Part shown: in pieces, positions 14,101-27,310 of the stretch | How positions within the stretch are numbered: the stretch's first letter is position 1 | Layout of the letters: every line of letters begins with the position of its first letter | From: Amphiscolops sp. MND2022 | Lineage: Eukaryota | NCBI GenBank assembly: GCA_964187785.1 | Contig: OZ076409.1 | Span: forward strand, 42,844,001-42,908,000 | Length of the DNA stretch: 64,000 bases | Direction of reading: 5' to 3' | Position numbers and translations under genes: made by a program | Notes under the pieces: generated by a model | Databases searched by the model: none | Told to the model about the DNA's origin: nothing | The model's input: the letters and a program-made list of their open reading frames with translations, nothing else

Positions 14101-16090
14101 TGTACCACAAGAATCCATTAAGGGACCGTTCTTGTTTCTAATATACGCCAATGATTTTCCAAGCTCTTGTGATGATATTGTACCATTTTTGTACGCAGAT
14201 GATACTAACTGTGTGTATATAACTGCAACGAATCACCATCGAGGACCTCGAAGAACAGTTGATTCTGAAAACCAACGCTCAGTTCTGGATGATAGAGAAA
14301 CATGCCTTCTACTAGAATTGCATCATCCAGTAGAGATGAAGATGAGGGCTCGTCACACCTGATTAAATGCACAGGAAAAGGGCAAATGATTTTCCAAGCT
14401 CTTGTGATGATATTGTACCATTTTTGTACGCAGATGATACTAACTGTGTGTATATAACTGCAACGAATCACCACCGAGGACCTCGAAGAACAGTTGATTC
14501 TGAAAACCAACGCTCAGTTCTGGATGATAGAGAAACATGCCTTCTACTAGAATTGCATCATCCAGTAGAGATGAAGATGAGGGCTCGTCACACCTGATTA
14601 AATGCACAGGAAAAGGGCAGAACGGAAAGGGCTGTGTGGTGTGTATCCCCAGACAAAATTTCGCGTTTAACAGATACAGATCGCACTCCGTCTATCAAAA
14701 CTAAATACCCAAAAATGAGAAATCGCGTCTGCGAACTCCTGCGGTCGAATAAACGAGAACACATTAATGATCGACTTACCCGATTCTTGAATCTGCCGAA
14801 ACGATTTATCAATGAATTGAATCAATTAACTGGTAGACAGAAGAACTGTAACTTCATAATCCTGAACAATGAAAACAAATTGAACACAGATGATTTAGCC
14901 GGATCAAACTTGTTCAATGAGAGGTTTGATTCGATAACCAAAATTTTAGCCGCTTCAATTCCCACTGTTCCATTCACTACTGAAGAATTAGGTAATAGTA
15001 AAAAGTCTCTCTTTTTCTATCCTACTGATTCCCTGGAAATCTCTAAATTTGTACGGAACCTTAAGAACCAAAAAGCTGCTGAATTAGATGGCTTAACAGC
15101 TGAAATTTTAAAAGTTAGCCTTGATGTGATCTGTGATAGACTGACACACCTTGTCAACGAATCGTTATCAAGTGGTGTTTTCCCGAAGATTTTGAAAACT
15201 GCGAAAGTGGTTCCAATCTTTATATCTGGGAAAAAGAGCAGTTGTAAGAATTATAGACCCATATCAATTTTATCGGTTCTGAGCAAAGTCTTTGAGCGGA
15301 TAGTTTTCGAGAGACTGTATAAATTCATGCAAGTAAACAATCTTTTCTATTGTCATCAATACGGATTCAGATCAAAAATGAGTACACTGCAAGCAGTAGC
15401 GGATATACCGGAACTGATCCGGAATAATGTCATGTTGATGTATCCCGTATGCTATTAGACCTAAGAAAAGTTTTTGAAACAATAAATCATGAAATCATAT
15501 TAATCAAACTAGAGAGCTATGGTGTGAGAGGTAATTGCTCAGAATTTGCTCAGAATGGTTCAGGTCGTATCTCAATGATTGTACCCAATGCGTTGCTAGT
15601 AATCATCAGTATTCAAACACCCTAGCTGTTGAGTGCGTTGTACCACAAGAATCCATTAAGGGACCGTTCTTGTTTCTAATATACGCCAATGATTTTCCAA
15701 GCTCTTGTGATGATATTGTACCATTTTTGTACGCAGATGATACTAACTGTGTGTATATTCGACCGAAAAATGCTACTTCGACACTTCAAGATAAAGTTGA
15801 GCATATACTGTTGTGGATGGCAAAAAATAAATTGAGCCTTCATATTGGAAAGACTGAGCTTGTGCACTTTTTGAGCTATCGGGATGAAAGTGTGAAAATG
15901 GGAAATACTACCATATCTCCAACCAAATCTGTGAAATACCTGGGCGTTCACCTGGATGAAAATCTGACCTTCGAAGCCCATGTTCAAAGTGTACTTGATA
16001 AAATGGCTCAACATTTATCAGTGGTAAAGCGGTTGAGACCTTTTTGTAAAAGTTCAATAGTGGTCAGATATTATAACATTTACCCTGCAT
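11120..16090 (+). mobile_element. L2/Crack-like LINE (ORF1 + EN-RT), decayed and internally rearranged; runs into gap
   Basis: ORF1 motifs CHRVP..RPIIVKF; ORF2 motifs GDMNIDL, EPTRVT, DH, NYRPISIL, QYGFR, PQES, YADD, KYLGV. Confidence 0.9.
12600..12936. repeat. ~168-bp-arm fold-back inverted duplication centred on C12768
   Basis: ...AAGTACTTAAACTA-C-TAGTTTAAGTACTT...; the arms match with scattered substitutions. Confidence 0.95.
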
Positions 16091-16290
16091 NNNNNNNNNN
16101 NNNNNNNNNNNNNNNNNNNNNNNNNNNNNNNNNNNNNNNNNNNNNNNNNNNNNNNNNNNNNNNNNNNNNNNNNNNNNNNNNNNNNNNNNNNNNNNNNNNN
16201 NNNNNNNNNNNNNNNNNNNNNNNNNNNNNNNNNNNNNNNNNNNNNNNNNNNNNNNNNNNNNNNNNNNNNNNNNNNNNNNNNNNNNNNNNN
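16091..16290. other. Assembly gap (200 N)
   Basis: Run of n. Confidence 1.
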
Positions 16291-16839
16291 CGAAAAATGA
16301 GTCAAACAGTTTAAAATTGAGGTAAAATTAGTATATATAATTCAGCAGCCAAAAACTTTGTGATTTATTGCAGTTTCTTGGTTTTTAGAAGGAAAGTTTT
16401 GAAAGAAGTGCAGACTTCGGTCCCCATAAGAAGAAGAGCTTGCAGGCCATGGGGTCTGTAGTTGTCATGCAGGGTACACCTGAAGAAAAAGTGGAATGCA
16501 TTTCCTTCAGATAATTCACAGGAGCACACGGGTGATGCACGTTTATAGATTTTCCACGAAATTTTCTTATATCTTGGAGAATTGCCGAAGAGAAGTTGTC
16601 ATATCTTTTTTGCTTCCCAGGGGTGGCTGTTTACCAAGGGATTGACTGTAGAGCCAGCAAGTTGTACAAGAAAATGTTTCAAGAAGCAGGTATTCGTAGG
16701 ACAACGCCAACGTTGATTCCACATTCTGTTCAAAAATTCAGTTTCCATTTAATTAGGGTAAAAACAACCATCATTATTAATGTTAAAGTTTTAAGATATC
16801 TTTTCAGTGTGCATTGAAGGTTATGCGCTGTGCTTTTAA

Positions 16840-17040
16840 CTAGGAGAGATTCAGCATGAGCTGTTGAGACAAGGTCGGATTGTAAGGAAACTTTGATAAG
16901 AAATTTGATGTCGAGCGAGTCGCCGTCAAGTCCAGAGGAGGAATTCTTTGCAGGACCTCAATAGCAGAAATAGGAGATAGACAAGGTCTAAATATCGATC
17001 GAATTATGTTCTTCTGAAACGTATTGAGATCGGAGATATT
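16840..17040 (-). pseudogene. Fragment of I-group-like LINE ORF2 C-terminal region
   Basis: FQKNIIRSIF...SAIEVLQRIPPLDL resembles ITAIEVLMGIPPV at ~43680. Confidence 0.6.
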
Positions 17041-20000
17041 TTCATGTCTCCAGATTTGTGCAACGGGATATGCTAAAGTTGAGTGCTTAGCAAAAATCTC
17101 CATCCAAAACCGATAAAAGAATGAGTGTCTTGCTGATATAGTTTTTTGTGCGATGGCCTGTGTGAGGACGGTTCTCCCCCGTCTTAGTATTTCTACTTGG
17201 AGTGTCTCCTTTGGTGTGAAATACCATTGGAAAAAAAATCTGTTACCTGTGGTTATAAATATTGTACTATTTTATGTGTGTGTAATTATATTGTACTATA
17301 TTGTACTATATATATACTACACCAAAGTAGAATTACCTTCTTCATAAATGATCCTTTTTCAGTATGCGACATTGTTTTTTCCCCAATTTATTGCAATATT
17401 CGATTATATTGATTGATTTGGTCTCCAATTTTTTCCTCTATAACTTGTGGGGACCGTGCGAGGCAAAACTATGTTGGTCCGCAACGAGAATGATGGCCCA
17501 TAGTTCAGAGAGGCATTTTTATAAGAGGCAAGATGAGATAGTGCCGAATCGCTGCAAGCTGCAGAGCCTCCTTGCAGTGTCAGTAACGGTCCCCGTAAAT
17601 ATATATAGTGAAAACCTTTTCAAGTGGAGGAACGATTTACAAAGCAAAACAACAAAAGTTATTAAAAAGGTCAAGAAACTGACGTTCAGGATCTGCACCC
17701 ACGTTAATTGTCATAATTCACGACAGCCTTCCCTCCTGCACTGTTGCCTAGATGGAAGACTCAACATGGCCTATTTGACGCATGGTCTCCAATCACTAAT
17801 TGGTTATTTTTTTTCAGACCAAATGATTGCAATGAAAAATTCTCCATCCCTGCTTGTGGGGAGTTGAAATAACGTCTAGAGCCAAGTTATGCTTTTTCAT
17901 AATGTTACAGAGGTTAAAACCAGATAAAAAGATTAGGAAGAAACGGAACCAGAGAGTTTGAAAGAAGCTCCGACAACTGAAAGTGTCTCAGTAGGTTAGT
18001 GATCTGTTTTTTTCTAGGTCTTCGAAAACTTTAGTTGGTTGGGAGTCCTTGAGTTTTGGCAGTGATCTGAAATAATAGGACCGAAAAACAGAAATCAGTC
18101 AGTCTCGTATGATTATTACCCTAAATGTAAAAGTTTTGTTGAGGAAACTGAAAAGAATTCAACATGTTGCAACGGATGTCAGTCGTGGTGGCATGGATCT
18201 TGTGGGGGCCTTGATGTAAAGGACCTACCAATATTTTCAAAATATGACTCTGTTCATTGGTTTTGCTCCAAATGCGAAGACAAGCATCTACATGGCCGTT
18301 CTTCTAACGTCTGGAAATCCTTGAATGCCATAAATCAACAACAGAAAAAAGAGACTAAAATTAGAAAAACGAAGACACAATTTATGGAAGCCATAAAAAA
18401 AGAACCTTTCATCCATCAAACTCAAGCTTGACAACCCAACGTCAGCTCAGCCTCTCGATAACTATGCGGATAAAGTAAAACCTAATCGAAACGAATCTCA
18501 AACGAAAAATACAACTGACATCGGAAGTGGAACAAGACAAAATCGTGATCCTCGCAACATATTGCTCATCGAGACAAATCAGAAATTCAGAGATAGCATC
18601 GAAATCAAAAAAGTGTTTGCTTCCATGTATCCAAACAAAAAATTACTGTACGCCTTCATTACAGCGCGTGATAGTATACATCTTGAGTTTACAACACCAG
18701 AGGAGGCTGACTGTGTTTTGCAGGGATGGAGGACTGAATTTTTTGGGGGCGACTCACAAGTTCGGAGAGCGAGTGACAGGAATGAGCAGCACAGCGCTGT
18801 AATACGGGGAGTTCAATTAGAAGTGTCCGACTCGGACATGACATCAGCTCTTACGGATAATTTTCCAGATGTCAGAATCAGACGCTTTGAAAAAAGCGAT
18901 AAACAATCACTGCAAACTGTAGAACTGACGTATCCCTCAAAAACCCAAATTGACAAGGCAACAATCGACGCGATTTTTATTGACCATTTGTACTATCAAC
19001 CAGTCGAATTGATACAGCAAGAAATACGAATAATCCGCTGCTACCGATGTCAAAAGTTCGGCACGTCAGTTTCAATTGCCATTCGAAAGTGTCATGCAAA
19101 CATTGCTCCGGCGAGCACTCTGTCGACAACTGCAAAGGTAATCAGCGTGCCAGGTGTACCAATTGCAGCCGAAGCCACGAAACAGATTCTCTTGACTGCC
19201 CAACTTATATTAAACAGGTACAAAAAGTTTATGAGGCGCGAGGTCTACGAGCACCGACTTCGAGAAACTCTGTGTCAAAAAATGATGGCTATCCATGGTT
19301 TCACCTTCTTGCAGAATAATATATGCGGCCGGAGTGATCATAGTAAAATAGCATTGAATCAAAACTTACAGCAAACCAAAGCTGATATAGTTTTTCTTGA
19401 TGAAACCAAAACACATATTAGCGCAAATCTATTCGACAATTTCACAACATTCATTTGTATGGGTGGAAGTTCTGGGAGCGTCGCAATTTTATTGAAGAAT
19501 CACATCCCTTACTCAAGACTTAATCAGCTCGAAGACAGCTCTATTGATAATGTTGTTTTGCCTGTTAGGCTGGGCGGAATTAAGCTAGTTGTGTCTACTG
19601 CCTATGTCATACCTGATGACTTCGAGGGATTGAGAAAAACAATAAAAGTTAGACAGAGTTGCAAAACGTATGTTGACAAAAGATGTCCGAATGGAGCTCT
19701 TTTTTTGGTGACCTCAATGCAAGACATACCTATTGGGGAAACAAATTGTGTAACTTGTTAGGTGAGGAACTAGTTCAAAAACCTGACCACTTCAGCATTC
19801 TGAATGATGGTGAGCCTACGTTTTTGGCAGCAAATGGCTCCAGTGTTATCGATCTTTGCATTTGCTATGAGTCTCTGTTCGATAGATGTAAACACTCTCT
19901 GTCTACGGATGATGTTGCTGAGCTGTTCACCGGTGTTCCACTAAGAGGTTATGTTCCTGTTATTATGAGATTGGAATGTAGTAGCATCACTGAGAACACC

Positions 20001-23000
20001 AAGAAATTATGGATTGAAAAAGGCGATTGGCCGGGTTGGACTTCTTTCATTGAGGGCCGAATAGATGATCTCATGGTTGTTGAGGACGACCCTGTTTTTT
20101 TCTTTGGAACGAGTTCAAGAATCTTTTCATGTCTCCAGATTGGTGCAACGAGATATGCGAATGTCTAGAGCTTAGTAAAAGTCTCCTTAACATCCAAAAC
20201 CGAATAAAGATAGTGTGTCTTGATGATATAGTTTTTGTGTGATCGCCTGTGTGAGGACGGTTCTCCCCCGTTTTAGTATTTCCACTTTGGAGTGTCTCCT
20301 TTGGTGTGAATAACTACCAATGGAAAAAAATCTGTTACCTGTGTTTATAATTATTGTACTATTTTATATGTGTGTAATTATATTTACTATATTGTATTAT
20401 ATATGTATAAACTACACCAAAGTAAAATTAACTTCTTCATAAATGATCCTTTTTCAGTATGAGACATTGTTTTTTCCCCAATTTATTGCAATATTTGATT
20501 ATAATGATTGATTTGGTCTCCAAATTTTTTTTCTCTATAAGTTGGGGGGGGGACCGTTCGAGGCAAAACTATGTTGGTCTGCAACGGGAATGATAGCCCA
20601 TAGTTCAGAGAGGCAATTTTATTAGAGGCCAGATGAGATAGTGCCGAATGGCTGCAAGCTGCAGAGCCTCCTTGCAGTGTCAGTAACGGTCCCCGTATAT
20701 ATAAATAGTGAAAACCTTATCAAGTGGAGGAACGATTTACAAAGCAAAACAGCAAAAGTTATTGAAAAGGTCAAAAACTGACGTTCAAGATATGCACCCA
20801 CGTGAATTATCATAATTCACGACAGCCTTCCCTCCTGCACTGTTGCCTAGATGGAAGACTCAACATGGTCTATTTGACGCATGGTCTCCAATCACTAATT
20901 GGTTAATTTTTTTCAGACCAATTAATTGCAATGAAAAATTCGCCATCCCTGCTTTTGGGGAGCAGAAATATCGTCTAAAGCCAAGATATGCTTATTCATA
21001 AAGTTACAGAGGTTCAAATCAGATAAAAAGGTTAGAAAGAAACTGAACCAGAGATTTAGAAAGAAGCTCTGACAACTGAGAGTGTCTCAGTAGGTTAGTG
21101 ATCTGTTTTTTTCTAGGTCTTTGAAAATTTTAGTTGGTTGGGAGTCCTTGAGTTTTGGCAGTGATCTGACATAATGGGACCAAAAAAAGAAATCAGTCAG
21201 TCTCGTATGATTGTTGCTCTAAATGTAAAAGTTTTGTTGAGGAAACTGAAAAGAATTCAATGTGTTGCAACGGAAGCGAGTCGTGGTGGCATGGATCTTG
21301 TGGGGGCCTTGACGTAAAGGACCTACCAATACTTTCAAGATATGCCTCTGTTCATTGGTTTTGCTCCAAATGCAAAGACAAACATCTACAGGGCCGTTCT
21401 TCTAACGTCACGTCTGGAAATCCTTGAATACCATAAGTCAACAACAGAAAAAACAGACTGAAATTAGAAAAACGGAGATACAAATTATGGAAGCCATGAA
21501 AAAGGACCTTTTATCCATAAAATTCAAGCTTGACAACCCAACCTCAACTCAGCCTCTCGATAACTATGCGGATAAAGTAAAACCTAATCGAAACGAATCT
21601 CAAACGAAAAGTACAACTGACATCGGAAGACAAAATCGTGATCCTCGCAACATATTGCTCATCACGACAAATCAGAAATTCAGAAATAGCATCGAAATCA
21701 AAAAAGCGTTTGCTTCTGTTTAACCAAACAAAATTTTACTGTACGCCTTCTTCACAGCGCGTGGTAGTATACATCTTGAGTTTACAACACCAGAGGACGC
21801 TGACTGTGTTTTGCAGGGATGGAGAACTGAATTTTTTGGGGGCGACTCGCAAGTTCGGAGAGCGAATGACAGGAATGAGCACCAGAGCGCTGTAATACGG
21901 GGAGTTCAATTAGAAGTGTCCGATTCGGACATGACATCAGCACTTACGGATAAATTTCCAGGGTCAGAATCAGACGCTTTGTAAAAAGCGATACGAAATC
22001 ACTGCAAACTGTAGAACTGACGTTTCCCTCAAAAGCCCAGTTTGACAAGGCAACAATCGACGGGATTTTCATTGACCTTTTGTACTATCAACCAGTCGAA
22101 TTGATACAGCAAGGAATACGAATATTCCGCTGCTACCGATGTCAGACGTTCGGACACGTCAGTTCCAATTGCCATTCCAAAGTGTCATGCAAACATTGCT
22201 CCGGCGAGCACTCTGTCGACAACTGCAAAGGTAATCAGCCTGCCAGGTGTACCAGTTGCAGCCGAAGCCACGAAACAGATTCTCTTGACTGCCCAACTTA
22301 TTTTAAACAGGTACAAAATGTTTATACGCGCGAGGTCTACGGGCACCGAATTGGAGAAACCTTGTGTCAAAAAATGATGGCTATCCATGGTTTCACCTTC
22401 TTGCAGATTAATGTATGCGGACTGAGTGATCATAGTAAAAAAGCATTGAATCAAAACTTACAACAAACCAAAGCTGATATCGTTTTTCTTGATGAAACCA
22501 AAACACACATTAGCGCAAATCTATTTGACAATTTCACAACATTCATTTGTAAGGGTTGAAGTTCTGGGAGCGTCGCAATTTTATTGAAAAATCACATCCC
22601 TTACTCTATACTTAATCAGGTCGAAGACAGCTCTATTGATAATGTTGTTTTTCCTGTTAGGCTGGGTGGAATTAAATTAGTTGTGTCTACTGCATATGTC
22701 AGACCTGATGACTTCGAGGGATTGAGAAAAACAATAAAAGTTAGACAGAGTTGCAAAACGTAGGTTGACAAAAGATGCCCGAATGGAACACTTTTCTTTG
22801 GTGACCTCAATGCAAGACATACCTATTGGGGAGACAATTTGTGTAATTTGTTAGGTGAGGAACTAGTTCAAATAACTGACCACTTCAGCTTTCTCAATGA
22901 TGGTGAGTCTACGTTTTTGGCAGCAAATGGCTTCAGTGTTATCAATCTTTGCATATTTATGAGCCTCTGTTCGATAGATGTAAACACTCTCTGTCTCCGG

Positions 23001-23213
23001 ATGAAGTTGCTGAGCTGTTCACCGATGCTCCACTGAGAGGTCATGTTCCTGTTATTATGAGATTGGAATGTAGTAGCATCACTGAGAACACCAAGAAATT
23101 ATGGATTGAAAAGGGCGATTGGGCGGGTTGAACTTCTTTCATTGAGGGCCGAATAGATGATCTCATGGTTGTTGAAGACGACCCTGTTTTTCTTTGGAAC
23201 GAGTTCAAGAATC
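17039..23213 (+). repeat. ~3.09-kb tandem duplication (17039-20124 / 20125-23213)
   Basis: Junction at ~20125, where ...GAGTTCAAGAATCT is followed by TTTCATGTCTCCAGAT (=17039); copies colinear, roughly 90-95% identical by eye. Confidence 0.9.
17449..20124 (+). mobile_element. I-group-like LINE, 3'-truncated copy (PHD + CCHC knuckle ORF1, APE endonuclease start)
   Basis: PHD remnant (~18110-18280, WFCSKC), CYRCQKFGH..C knuckles, GDLNARH, NDGEPTF. Confidence 0.85.
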
Positions 23214-24941
23214 TGCTGCACGACGCTTCTTTTGGTCACACACCCCTCAAATGTGTTTCAAATCAAAGCAAACTGTTCTGGAACTCCGACTTGACAGACG
23301 CAAGCAATGAACTTCGATTTTTACGCAAAAGTACAAATCAAATTTTGAAAACAGACAAAAACAAAAGGCAGCGAAGGAACTTTTCAAAGATCTACTCAAC
23401 AAAAGTGTAACTGAATGGATGTAAAACTATCTGTCATCGCTTGGGCATAAAAGACGAAGAGAGTTTTGGACTTCTTACAAGACTTTACTCAACACTAGAC
23501 ATGAAGAAGTTGGTCTAATACGCAGTAAGGATGTGAGGCTCTTATACGCTACAGAGGAAATTAGCAAAGAATTTGAAACCACGTTCTTCGGCGGAGAACA
23601 TCTGAAAAAGCACATTTTCAACGATGCAACACAACTACAAGTAGAAGACAAAATAACCAACCGCATGATGATCTTGAACATGATAATGATGATTTATATG
23701 ATGAAATTACTTTCGATGAATTGAAGAATGCCAATTTGAAATCAAGCAACGCTAAATCTTTTGATATTGGTTGTCTCCATGTGACAATGATAAAGAAATT
23801 GAGCACTCCTTTTTCTGCTGACTATATTTAATGCTTGCTGGGAATATCATGTGTGGCAATGGACGAGTCACGAGTCGTGTTCATACGCAAACCAAATAAA
23901 AAGAGATTTGATGAATGCTCTTCATATCGACCACTCTCAATCTCCACTCATATCGGCAAAACGCTGGAAAAAATACTTGCAACTAGAATCAAATCACATC
24001 TCGATGTGAATGGACTGCTTAGGGACGAACAGGGGGGTTTCAGAGCGAAAAAAACACCACTCGATCGTTCTACAGACTACATCTCATGCTCGGAAATGCC
24101 AAAAGTTCACGTTTGCCGACGGTTCTGCTTAACATTGACCTTGAAAAGTCTTTCGATTGCGTGTGGGTGGACGATCTTCTCTTTAAACTGTTGGAACACA
24201 ATTTTTCTGGCAAAATGTATCAGATAATAAAATCGTTTTTAAAAACCAGAGTCGCTTCCATCGAATTGAATGGATACCAATCGCCGAAGTTCCAGAGAGA
24301 CGTTGGTGTACCACAGGGAAGTGTGTTGTCGACATTGCACTTCATCATCTTCCTAAACGACCTCCTCAGTAGTCAAGCACAAAAATTCGAGTTTGCAGAC
24401 GAAGGATTATCTGCCATCCTTCGAAAAACTTGTTCTGACATCGAGAAGTGGTGTGCAGATTGGAGGATGTTAGTGAACGGAGGAAAAATCGAACTAATCC
24501 TTTTCAATTGCGAAGCGAAAGACTTCGAACTCCCGTCCCTCAATGGTGCTTTATGTCAAGTTAAAAACACAACAAAGTCTCTTGGATAGCAAGCTTACTA
24601 CCGGGATCATTCTATTAAAGCAATCGAGAGAGCCAAGCGAAATTGGAATATCATCAAGTCGTTATGCAATAGAAAATGGAGCCTTGCAGTTTTAACGCTA
24701 GTTCTGCTGTAAAAACCACCATCTTACCCTCACTTTTTTTTGCAGCACCAATTTGGCTTGAGAAAGACCTCAAATACGTCACAGCAGTACATAACGATTT
24801 CACAAGGACAGTTTTTAGACACGGTTTTTTGACGAATATCGACTCATGTCAGGTACTGCTGGGAACGCCGCCTCATGATCTTCTGAGTACAGTCATCAAC
24901 TTCAAATTCCTCTTGAAGCTCAAACTAGATTTACTATATTG
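20549..24941 (+). mobile_element. I-group-like LINE, near-complete decayed copy, 5' part (continues at 41199)
   Basis: Same ORF1; RT motifs YRPLS, DLEKSFD, GVPQGSVLS, FAD; interrupted by a MITE after 24941. Confidence 0.85.
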
Positions 24942-25154
24942 GGTAAAGGGTCACTTGGCTTAATGTCATTTGGCTTAAAGTCATTTGACCTAATGACGTA
25001 GGTCACTTTGCTTAATTATTTTAAACCAAGTGTATCGGGTATTGGCTTAAAATCACTTAGTTGAAAATACGTGGCAGATTTTGTCGAATTTATTAATATA
25101 ACGTAGTCAGCGTATTATTATAACATGTCATATCAAGCACCCCTCGGATATGTC

Positions 25155-27310
25155 TGTCACGACCCGCTCCCGGTCGGGATTTCACCTGCTGTGGGGGAAT
25201 ACCCAAATTCGCTAGAGGGAGAGGTCACGGAAGACCAGCGGGACACTAAAGTAATAAACACTTTTAAATCTTACCTTTATCTAAACCGCAGCACGAGTTA
25301 AGTTGAGCGGAAATGTAACGTAAAATATCCAAAAATGATTTCTGACAAATAGAATTTCCGGTCCAATGTTTTCACATGCAACAGTTTAATTTACTTCCGG
25401 TTTTAACTGTTGAAAATTCCATGACAATCTAAATACTAAAGATGAAAACATTCTTAACATTGGGATCAATTTTTCTCCTTTCCACACTAAAAAGAAAACA
25501 TTAAAACATTATCTAATTCCGTGATCCCAACGGAACGCATACAATCTAAAATGAAAAGAACATAGAAACAGTTAAGAAGATTTGTTTTCAGAGTTTGAAG
25601 TAGTTGTAAAAAGCCACTCAAAATACAGTCAAGTAATTTGAATAAACCTTTACAACGTTATGACAGCGTCACTCAAATATCTAAGTTGCTGGTATTTCTA
25701 ACTTACGGACCAATAGCGTTGTAGCTAATACAAGCAAATTTGCGCTCAAGCTAGTTAGAACCATTCCTAATGACGTCATTAAGAATGAATTTAAAGATGG
25801 CGAATTACTCCGAGCTTGCTCCGCTAGCAGCTAAGAAAGCTATACTCAATCTTAATATGTACGGAGTGCTTACGGAACAAATTGTAAGCCGAGAAACTTA
25901 TAGCCAATCTTAATACGTAGGGAGCATTTACGGAGCGTTTACGGAGTGAATTGTAATAGGTGAAGTTATACCTAATGTTAATACATGTAAGATAAGCGTG
26001 GAAAATTCTAAAACTCAGAAGCTATCCAAATACATTAGGATGTTCCTGAGGTCATGTAGAATTATTCTGAGATATTTAAATTATCATAAGGTTTTACTTT
26101 TTCCACCCGGATTCTCCCCGTTTAGTGATTAGATTAGAATGTTCGTGCTGTTAGTTAAGATAAAGGTAAATCACTTAATGAAGGAGCTTTGTATTATATT
26201 TTCGCAAAAGAAGTCACCTAATTTTGCTACGTTGGTATAACGTTACTGGATGTAATGCAATATTTTGTTATTTTGATTATTCGCTATAAAATCGAATCAT
26301 GTAAAATATTGTTAGATGTTTCTGTCATGTTGCCAGATATTCTTGATTCTTCAATAATCAGAATTCTTGTTTATGTTTATCACCTTTTCAGCATCACTTG
26401 TTCCTTGTCAAATATCTCACTTCATTAATCCGAAATTAGCCGAGATATTTCCGTAGCAAATTTTGCTTGTCATCATTTTTATAGCGAGTTGAAAATTTCA
26501 TCGCACGCAAACTGAATCATTGTTCACGCCAGCGTGCCTCTTGCGATGAAAATCTAACTAGATTTTTATTTTGCCGCATTTTCCGTGATTAAACCGGAAA
26601 TGGGACAACTGAACAAAATTGATTTCAACAAGTACTCCGTAAGATTGCCGTAACTAGGAATTTTAAATTATGAACAATTAATTGAAAGGCTGAAATGATA
26701 TGAATGATTAAGCATTTTTTATGAACAAAACGGATTTTAGGGATTCCTAGGAATTTTTAGGTGAGGAACAAATGATGCTGAGAGGGTATATATAGTTAGA
26801 AATCTCATGTAAAAATCAATCGACCCTTTTGTTTCACTGCGATCAATTTTGTTCCGTTATAATAACGAAAACTCATTCTTCGACGAATTCAAATATTTTC
26901 CGAAGACCTTGTTCTTGAACTCTGAAAAATGACTACCAGAAGCCAAAAGAGAAAAGCAGCTGAAGAGCTTATTTCAACTGAAATAGAAACTCCTCTACCC
27001 GAAAACACTACGGGCGAAAATCCTATAGTAGGTACAAGCAAATCTCCTAAAGTCACTACTGACAGTTTAGAGAATATAAAATCTGTGCTGAGAAAAGAAA
27101 TCATGTCTGACCTCACTAAGATCTCAGCTGAAAACCAGAAGGAGACGCTAAAACTGATAGCCCCGACCGTTAGAAAACAGACCGTATTAAGATCAACAGA
27201 GGATTCAGACTCTGACTCCGAGAACAATCCGGAAAACGCGACCTCAACCCCAATTAAAGGCAAAACCAATGCGACTAGCTCTAAAATAACGCCGAACAAT
27301 AGTCGTAACA
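25155..27310 (+). repeat. 5' LTR
   Basis: Direct repeat of 38719-40874 (~99% identical by manual count); TG...CA ends; TAATGACGTCATTA palindrome 25768-25781; TATATATAG 26787-26795. Confidence 0.97.

Noticed and set aside
16054..16314. ORFs containing X runs
   Set aside because: Artefacts of the N gap.
20549..20694. Hammerhead ribozyme (CAGATGAG, AAAAC near-matches)
   Set aside because: Core CUGANGA/GAAA not intact and stem I cannot be formed.
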